12,539 nt of DNA from an archaeon. Lineage in GTDB: Archaea; Iainarchaeota; Iainarchaeia; Iainarchaeales; CSSED10-239. The DNA lies in contig JBAWVI010000021.1 of assembly GCA_037147375.1 (NCBI GenBank), positions 1 through 12,539 on the forward strand, written 5' to 3'. The translations under genes and the position numbers were made by a program. The notes beneath the pieces are model-generated. The model was given only the letters and a program-made list of their open reading frames with translations. It was not told where the DNA came from and made no database searches. This document shows, in pieces, positions 7,450 through 12,539 of the stretch (its first letter is position 1; each line of letters opens with the position of its first letter).

Positions 7450-7986
7450 TTATTTACGTTTATAAATTCCTTTTCTGAAATTATATGCTTCTAAACGTTT
7501 TTCTAATAATAAAAATTTCTTTTTTAAGTTCTCTCTTTCTTTTATTGAGCTTACATTTAATGCTTTTTGTTTAGTATTAAAACTTTCTTTTTCAATCTTT
7601 AATTTAGAATTAATTTCATCTAATATTTTTTGGTATTGATTGGATATTGCTCTTTGTTTTTTAATTCTTTCAAATAAGTCAAGTATTTCTTTTGGGTTTC
7701 TGTTACTATCTAAATCTTTTAATCCAGTATCAAGGAGATTATTTAAACTAACATCCATTTTATGTTTTTGATAAGTTATTTCATCAAGATGTGCAGTTAT
7801 TTTATTTGAATTAACATTCAACTCTTTATTTAGTTTTTCTTCTAAAAATCTTTTTTTATTTCCAATTGCTTCTTCACGAGATAGTAAACGTTCATCAATG
7901 TTAGTTAAAGTTTTAATTGATAATTTATTTTTACCTTTTGATCTTGAAATAAATATTGGCTTTTTAATTGGTGGTCTTGTTGGCAT
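7450..7986 (-). CDS. Array paralog P3: lysine-rich coiled-coil protein, unrecognised family (178 aa)
   Basis: N-terminus is MPTRPPIKKPIFISRSKGKNKLS. C-terminus is KRLEAYNFRKGIYKRK. GGAGAT lies 9 nt upstream of the ATG. Confidence 0.8.
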   Translation of the reverse strand: MPTRPPIKKPIFISRSKGKNKLSIKTLTNIDERLLSREEAIGNKKRFLEEKLNKELNVNSNKITAHLDEITYQKHKMDVSLNNLLDTGLKDLDSNRNPKEILDLFERIKKQRAISNQYQKILDEINSKLKIEKESFNTKQKALNVSSIKERENLKKKFLLLEKRLEAYNFRKGIYKRK

Positions 7987-8003
7987 GTGTTTTTCATCTC
8001 CAT

Positions 8004-8465
8004 TTATTTACGCTTGTAAATTCCTTTTCTAAAATTGTATTCTTGTAATCTTCTAAACATTTCATAATATTTCATATAAACAGAACCAAACTCTTCTATT
8101 TTTTTCAGAGACATTTCTGCATTTTTGAATTGTAAACTATTTATTTCTTTATTAATTTCACTTACTTTCTTTCCAAGCTCAAGTAATTTAATGTTAATAT
8201 ATTCTTTATTTTCAAGACCCAAAGCAGCATTTTTTAAAGTTTTTATCTTTAATGTCTCTATAGCCTTAAGTAGTTTATTAAAGTTAATCTTATTTATATT
8301 ACTTTCTTGTAACATATTATAATGAGATTTTATTTTATTAATTTCATTTGCTTCTTTAACATCAAGTTTAGTTAATGTTTTTTTTGAAAGCTTATTAATT
8401 CCATTTTTCCTTTTAATAAAAATTGGATTTTTAATCTTTGGTCTTATTGTAGGCATAATTTTCAT
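8004..8465 (-). CDS. Array paralog P2: lysine-rich coiled-coil protein, unrecognised family (153 aa)
   Basis: The family N-motif begins at Met4 (MPTIRPKIKNPIFIKRKNGINKLS). C-terminus is RRLQEYNFRKGIYKRK. The first ATG overlaps the P1 TGA (ATGA). The alternative start is 8456. Confidence 0.8.
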   Translation of the reverse strand: MKIMPTIRPKIKNPIFIKRKNGINKLSKKTLTKLDVKEANEINKIKSHYNMLQESNINKINFNKLLKAIETLKIKTLKNAALGLENKEYINIKLLELGKKVSEINKEINSLQFKNAEMSLKKIEEFGSVYMKYYEMFRRLQEYNFRKGIYKRK

Positions 8466-8944
8466 TTCCTTCTATATATTCCACCACGTAACTTAACAAG
8501 TTCTCCTGATCTGCCACGTGTCCAATCTAACTTACTTCTGAAGTTATATGCTTTTAATCTTCTTAGTATTTCTTTATATTTTTGTTCAATTTCTGGATTT
8601 CTTAAATCCATTTCCTTTTTTCTATTTTCTTCTATAAGTCTTAATAACTTAGGAATATTTTTAAGATCAGTATCAATTTCTTCAATCTTTTTAGTATATG
8701 CTTCTAATTTTTTTGGATTATCTTTAATAGAATCAAGATTATCAGTATATAATTTTCTTATTTCTTTTAATGATTTAATTTCTTGTAAATCAGATATTTG
8801 TTTATCAAACTTTACATGTATATCATTAAAAGCTTTAGTTTTACGTTCATTAAAATTAGTTTTTGTTTTTCTTGAAAGAATGTTCTTTTTATTTAATCTT
8901 AAAATAAAATTCGGAGACTTAATTGGTTGGCGACTTTGCGGCAT
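8462..8944 (-). CDS. Array paralog P1: lysine-rich coiled-coil protein, unrecognised family, with a C-terminal insertion (160 aa)
   Basis: N-terminus is MPQSRQPIKSPNFILRLNKKNILS. C-terminus is RRLKAYNFR-[SKLDWTRGRSGELVKLRG]-GIYRRK, so the family motif is split by about 17-18 extra residues. Confidence 0.8.
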   Translation of the reverse strand: MPQSRQPIKSPNFILRLNKKNILSRKTKTNFNERKTKAFNDIHVKFDKQISDLQEIKSLKEIRKLYTDNLDSIKDNPKKLEAYTKKIEEIDTDLKNIPKLLRLIEENRKKEMDLRNPEIEQKYKEILRRLKAYNFRSKLDWTRGRSGELVKLRGGIYRRK

Positions 8945-8963
8945 ATAATCTACCTATAATTGT

Positions 8964-8972
8964 TTTATAAAA
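8964..8972 (-). promoter_or_regulatory. Candidate TATA box for the paralog array
   Basis: On the minus strand, TTTATAAAA ends about 19-20 nt upstream of the P1 ATG. This implies a leaderless or very short-leader transcript. It is an AT-rich motif in AT-rich DNA, so support is weak. Confidence 0.3.
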
Positions 8973-9006
8973 AAATAAAAGAAATGTAAGTAAATGAAAA
9001 AATCAT

Positions 9007-9861
9007 TTACTTAAGGTATTTAATTGTATTAACAAAGATTGCTTCTGATAATCCTGGATTGTAATTAAAATAAATTACTTTTCCAAGTAATAATGGTTGC
9101 TCAACAATAGCTGGTACAACCTTACCACTTCTTGCATCTTGCAAGTAAGCAATTTCTGTTCCTGTTGGACTAACATCGAATGTAACTGTTTGTATTAATC
9201 CTGCTGCTTCAAGAGCTGGAACTCTATCTATTCCATACATTATCTTATAACCTGCACTCTTACTATCAGACTTTGTAGCATAGATTATTCCATTCATGTT
9301 TAATTGATTCTTACAACTTGGAACACTATAAAGTGTAGGATCACATTTAACTGGTATGATATCTCCAAATGTTGCTGTCCAACCAATAACTGATGCATCT
9401 CCTGGTCTTTCAATACCAGAGTTTAATACAAGTATGAATTTACCACCTGATTGAACATAAGATTTAATTGCTTCACCAACAGTTCTTGTAATTGATTTAT
9501 CTGAAGATAAACTTTGATCTAAGATAATTATATCATAATCCTTTATCATATCTTTTGGATTATGTTGTATTGAATCTATAGTAACTGTTCTTAAGCTTCT
9601 AATAACATCTTTATTTTCAGCATCATTTAGAACTCTAGTAAATTCTGGTGAAGGAGAACCTATAACAAGTACTGCTGCTCCCTTTCCTTCAAATAATGGA
9701 ATTCCTCCTGATAGAACATTTGTTTTAAAAACAATTAACAATATTACACCTATTATAACAATTATAGGGATTATTGTTTCAAGTTTAAGTTTTAAATTGC
9801 TTGAAGACTTTCTCTTTTCAGAAAATTCTTCAGCATCGAAAGATTCTTCTTCGCCTGCCAT
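9007..9861 (-). CDS. Single-pass (N-in, type II-like) membrane protein with an acidic cytoplasmic N-tail and an external alpha/beta domain (284 aa). The domain may have a class I glutamine-amidotransferase-like / DUF4350-like fold.
   Basis: N-tail is MAGEEESFDAEEFSEKRK. One TM helix follows (IIPIIVIIGVILLIVF). Then VLVIGSP...YDIIILDQS...IKSYVQSGGKFILVLNSG resembles the 'YD-hh-hh ... GGxhhhh' pattern of GATase1-like non-catalytic domains. GGTGA lies 6 nt upstream of the ATG. The fold assignment is tentative. Confidence 0.75.
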   Translation of the reverse strand: MAGEEESFDAEEFSEKRKSSSNLKLKLETIIPIIVIIGVILLIVFKTNVLSGGIPLFEGKGAAVLVIGSPSPEFTRVLNDAENKDVIRSLRTVTIDSIQHNPKDMIKDYDIIILDQSLSSDKSITRTVGEAIKSYVQSGGKFILVLNSGIERPGDASVIGWTATFGDIIPVKCDPTLYSVPSCKNQLNMNGIIYATKSDSKSAGYKIMYGIDRVPALEAAGLIQTVTFDVSPTGTEIAYLQDARSGKVVPAIVEQPLLLGKVIYFNYNPGLSEAIFVNTIKYLK

Positions 9862-9981
9862 TTTCAGTCACCATTTAGTTTTAATTAATATATATCTTTA
9901 CTACACTTATTATAAATAAATATATTTATAAATAAATGTATATTTAAAGGTATCGTTATCTCTTAAAGTTAATAAGTTAGT

Positions 9982-9993
9982 GGTGATGGAAAA
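9982..9993 (+). repeat. Copy 1 of the 12-mer GGTGATGGAAAA
   Basis: Exact 12-nt match to 10079-10090, 97 nt upstream of it, in the divergent intergenic region. Confidence 0.8.
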
Positions 9994-10078
9994 TTCCTAA
10001 AAGAAAACAAATGTTTATAAACTATTTGGGAATACTTTAATATTTAATTACATTAAGATTAATGAATTAAAAAAGAAG

Positions 10079-10090
10079 GGTGATGGAAAA
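10079..10090 (+). repeat. Copy 2 of the 12-mer GGTGATGGAAAA. It contains the SD (GGTGAT) for the small ORF at 10091.
   Basis: Exact 12-nt match to 9982-9993. It lies immediately upstream of the ATG at 10091. Confidence 0.8.
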
Positions 10091-10258
10091 ATGGGTTATT
10101 CACAAATTAGTAAAAAGAGTAAGAAGACATATTACTTACATAGTAAAGGACATTTATTCTTTTTCTCAGGAGATCCTAAAGGTGGAATCGATTTACCAGC
10201 AGGATACAAGACTATTGAGAATGAAAGAACTGGACTTCCAATGATGAAGAAGAAGTAA
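10091..10258 (+). CDS. Small basic protein, 55 aa, not in the supplied ORF track (MGYSQISKKSKKTYYLHSKGHLFFFSGDPKGGIDLPAGYKTIENERTGLPMMKKK)
   Basis: I translated it manually. GGTGAT lies 6 nt upstream of the ATG. The stop sits inside a hairpin plus T-tract terminator. The Gly/Pro-containing composition is protein-like and unlike the AT-driven junk frames. It resembles small 'YYL.SK...FFFS..P.G..DLP.GY...EN.RTGLP.LKK' proteins that I recall from archaeal metagenomes. That resemblance is unverified. Confidence 0.55.
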   Translation: MGYSQISKKSKKTYYLHSKGHLFFFSGDPKGGIDLPAGYKTIENERTGLPMMKKK

Positions 10259-10305
10259 ATCTTTATTTTATAAAGATTTATTATTTTTTCTTTTTTTTAT
10301 TTTCT
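10257..10305 (+). terminator. Hairpin plus T-tract terminator between the convergent small ORF and enolase
   Basis: AAATCTTTA (10257-10265) pairs with TAAAGATTT (10271-10279) across the loop TTTTA. It is followed by ATTATTTTTTCTTTTTTTTATTTT. Confidence 0.6.
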
Positions 10306-10309
10306 AATT

Positions 10310-11590
10310 TTATATATTTAATTGCTCTATTTCAATTAGCCTATTATACTTACAAGTTCTTTCTCCTCTAGCAGGAGCTCCAAACTTTACAAAGTCTGCA
10401 CCTAAACCAATTGCAAGATCAGAGATGAAAGTATCTTCTGTTTCTCCTGAGCGGTGTGATACAACAACTTTCCACCCAGCTTTCTTTGCTAAATTAAATG
10501 CATCTATGGATTCAGATAAGGTTCCAATCTGATTTGGTTTTAGGAGAAGAGAATTACAATAGTTCTTCTGGATAGCTTCCTTAATAAGCTTAGGGTTAGT
10601 TACAAGAAGATCATCTCCTATAATATTAATTTTCTTTCTTTCAAGATAATAAAAATCAACCCAAGCTTCTTTATCAACTTCAGAGAAAGGATCTTCAATT
10701 GATGTAATATTAAATTCTTTAACAAGTCCTAAATAATAATTTATTAATAAATCTTTATCATATTCTTTATTGTTTACTGTATATGTTTTTTTCTTTTGAT
10801 TATAAATTGTATTTGCTGCGCAGTCAAGACCAATAGTTACGTCTTTTGAATAACCTGCTTTATTGATTGCATCGAAGATTAATGCAATTGCAAGATGTGG
10901 GTCAGATATATTTGGTGCGAATCCACCTTCAAGCCCAACATTTGTTGCGCTAGTGCCATACTTTTCAAGAAGTTTCTCTTTTAGTTTATGATAAATTTCA
11001 GTTGATGCTTGAATGTTTTTTTCAATTGTATTAAAGTGAGGAATTATTTGAAATTCTTGGAAAGGTAAAGAATTACCAGCATGTGCTCCACCATTTATTA
11101 TGTTTAGAATAGGAGTTGGCATAACATACTTATTATTTTTATTTAATCTTCCAATATATTTGTAAAGAGGAATATTAAGTTCTTGAGATGCAAGACGTGC
11201 AACTGCAAGACTTGTGGAAAGAATTGCATTTGCTCCAAGATTTGATTTATTATCAGTTCCATCAAGTTCAATTAATTTATTATCTATTGCTTTTTGATCA
11301 AAGATAAACATTCCTTTAAGTGCTTTATTTATTTTTGTATTAATGTTCGCAATTGCATGCTTAACATCAAGACCGAAATACATTTTATCTTTGTCTCTAA
11401 GTTCAATAGCTTCTCTTGAGCCTGTGCTTGTTCCTGATGGAACAATTGCAGAAGCAACAGCTGTGCCTGAGAATACAAAAGTCTTGATTGTAGGAATACC
11501 ACGAGAATCAAGAACCCTTATTGCTTTAACTTGTTTAATTTCTCCAAATTCTGGAACTTTTACATTTGATTTATTTTTGTTCTTCATCAT
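10310..11590 (-). CDS. eno: Enolase (phosphopyruvate hydratase), 426 aa
   Basis: Motifs: VLDSRGIPT, PSGTSTGSREAIELRD, IGDDL, LLLKPNQIGT, SHRSGETEDTFISDLA, GAPARGERTCKYNRLIEIE. The start overlaps the 3' end of the upstream gene by 20 nt. Confidence 0.97.
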   Translation of the reverse strand: MMKNKNKSNVKVPEFGEIKQVKAIRVLDSRGIPTIKTFVFSGTAVASAIVPSGTSTGSREAIELRDKDKMYFGLDVKHAIANINTKINKALKGMFIFDQKAIDNKLIELDGTDNKSNLGANAILSTSLAVARLASQELNIPLYKYIGRLNKNNKYVMPTPILNIINGGAHAGNSLPFQEFQIIPHFNTIEKNIQASTEIYHKLKEKLLEKYGTSATNVGLEGGFAPNISDPHLAIALIFDAINKAGYSKDVTIGLDCAANTIYNQKKKTYTVNNKEYDKDLLINYYLGLVKEFNITSIEDPFSEVDKEAWVDFYYLERKKINIIGDDLLVTNPKLIKEAIQKNYCNSLLLKPNQIGTLSESIDAFNLAKKAGWKVVVSHRSGETEDTFISDLAIGLGADFVKFGAPARGERTCKYNRLIEIEQLNI

Positions 11591-12290
11591 TCAAGTCATC
11601 TTCTTTAGCTTCTTTTAATTTTTTTTGTATTTCTTGTTCTTGTTTTTTCTTAATTATTGAAGCCATATCAAGTTTCCCAAAATCAATAGCTCCAATTAAA
11701 CTTCTTTGTAAAGCCTTTGTTGCATATGAGTTAAGATATGAATAATCAAATTCTGGTTTTTCAACTAAGTATTTTTTAAATAATTCATACTCAGGAGTAA
11801 TTACATGTAATTTTTTAATTTCTTCAATAAATGGTTTGTGATTGTTTGATAAAGTTTCCTTTACAAGTATTACGTTTGCTTTTGTATATCTTCTAACATA
11901 AAAAGCATCAGTCCAAATATCATGACCAATAACTAATGAATCATCTATGTCTAATTTATTTTCTTTTAAAAAATGAACCTTATGATAATCATCTTCAGCA
12001 TTAGGGTTTTCTTTAAACTTTTTTTCTTTTAGTTCCTTATCTTCAGGAGATAAACTATTTAAGTAAGAATCATCTATGTATGCAATATTATTTTCTTCAA
12101 AATAATTTAATAAGTTGTTTTCTTTAATTATTGGTTCTGCAATTTCTTTTCTAAGCCCAGTAACCAAATACATTTTAATATTGTTTTCTTTACAAAAAGT
12201 TTTAAGATCACTAAGGTATTCTAGTTGCATATCCTTATACGCGTGACCTTTTGTTAAAACATCATAAAATCCAAAAATAATGTGTTTCAT
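11571..12290 (-). CDS. HAD-superfamily-like protein with an apparently degenerate motif I and a charged C-terminal tail (239 aa)
   Basis: The layout is HAD-like. IIFGFYDVLT sits where hhhDxDxT is expected, MYLVTG fits motif II, and LVIGHDIWTD fits motif IV. The C-terminal KKKQEQEIQKKLKEAKEDDLNDEEQK tail is low complexity. Confidence 0.5.
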   Translation of the reverse strand: MKHIIFGFYDVLTKGHAYKDMQLEYLSDLKTFCKENNIKMYLVTGLRKEIAEPIIKENNLLNYFEENNIAYIDDSYLNSLSPEDKELKEKKFKENPNAEDDYHKVHFLKENKLDIDDSLVIGHDIWTDAFYVRRYTKANVILVKETLSNNHKPFIEEIKKLHVITPEYELFKKYLVEKPEFDYSYLNSYATKALQRSLIGAIDFGKLDMASIIKKKQEQEIQKKLKEAKEDDLNDEEQK

Positions 12291-12414
12291 CTTAATTTCC
12301 TCAAAAATCTTATAAATTCCATCTATTTATATACTATTATAAAACAATAATAAATATAAACATAATTGATATATATATATACGATTAATAATATACTTAA
12401 AGGGTGCTATTGAT

Positions 12415-12539
12415 ATGGGAAAACAACTTGCAAGTGGAATTTTAATAGGAATTGGTATAGGACTTTACATTCCAGATTTACCAGGAATATTATCTAAAGT
12501 AAACATGTACTTAGGATTAATAGTTATTGTTGTTGGAAT
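12415..12539 (+). CDS. 5' part of a membrane protein, truncated by the window edge (MGKQLASGILIGIGIGLYIPDLPGILSKVNMYLGLIVIVVG...)
   Basis: I translated it manually. AGGGTG lies 8 nt upstream of the ATG. Two hydrophobic segments are visible and the frame stays open to the window end. Confidence 0.45.
   Translation, partial: MGKQLASGILIGIGIGLYIPDLPGILSKVNMYLGLIVIVVG

Larger units (their letters stand above)
6918..8944 (-). repeat. Tandem array of four paralogous genes (P1-P4, unrecognised family) with conserved termini and junctions
   Basis: See the four CDS entries below. Gene junctions: ATGA overlap (P1/P2), then TAAATGGAGATGAAAAACACATG (P2/P3) and TAAATGGAGACGTATTAATATG (P3/P4). The 3' ends are also conserved at nucleotide level. 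Confidence 0.85.

Noticed and set aside
8125-8322. 65-aa plus-strand ORF inside paralog P2
   Set aside because: It is the antisense frame of a K/E/N-rich gene (Phe/Leu/Ser-rich translation) and has no independent support.
6918-8944. The 'GIY' in the C-terminal GIYKRK motif as a GIY-YIG nuclease signature
   Set aside because: It is only a tripeptide coincidence. No YIG, Arg or Glu elements, or the roughly 100-aa GIY-YIG fold context, are present.
9975-10095. C/D-box sRNA candidate (GTGATGG resembles the C box RUGAUGA)
   Set aside because: There is no D box (CUGA) at an appropriate distance and no terminal stem. The motif is better explained as an SD-like element.
11329-11618. ORFs 11329-11511 (-) and 11343-11618 (+) within enolase
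   Set aside because: They are alternative or antisense frames of the unambiguous enolase gene.
12369-12381. (AT)n microsatellite in the divergent promoter region
   Set aside because: It is a short, low-complexity tract expected in AT-rich intergenic DNA.
1-12539. CRISPR arrays, rRNA genes, transposases/integrases, IS inverted repeats
   Set aside because: I found no regularly spaced direct repeats, no rRNA-like conserved GC-rich stretches, and no ORF with recombinase or transposase motifs on either strand.

Overview
Visibly AT-rich (about 30% GC by eye), gene-dense archaeal chromosome segment. The archaeal call rests on ribosomal proteins S8e, L1, P0 (L10) and P1 (L12), a Hef/XPF repair module, an archaeosortase-family protein, a Cgi121-like protein, and GGAGGTGA-type Shine-Dalgarno sites. 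Short, reduced proteins suggest a DPANN-type lineage, but that is inference. Sixteen of the 20 CDS I call are on the minus strand. Most of the window is housekeeping: rps8e, rpl1-rpl10-rpl12 with an ATGA overlap, enolase, and Hef. The stretch I cannot explain with known families is 6918-8944. It holds four tandem, same-strand paralogous genes for lysine-rich, coiled-coil-looking proteins of 153-178 aa. They share a conserved N-terminus (MPT.RP.IK.P.FI.R..G.NKLS) and an almost invariant C-terminus (RL.AYNFRKGIYKRK) around a strongly diverged centre. The array sits directly upstream of rpl1 and downstream of a membrane-anchored protein. Other notable points: (1) Hef is split into separate helicase and nuclease genes, with a DUF5680-like gene packed between them. 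(2) P0 is short and has no C-terminal factor-binding tail. (3) A 55-aa basic ORF is absent from the supplied track. (4) A GC-rich island lies in the rpl12-hef spacer. (5) A G-rich 12-mer is duplicated upstream of the small ORF. I found no rRNA, tRNA, CRISPR array or recognisable mobile element.
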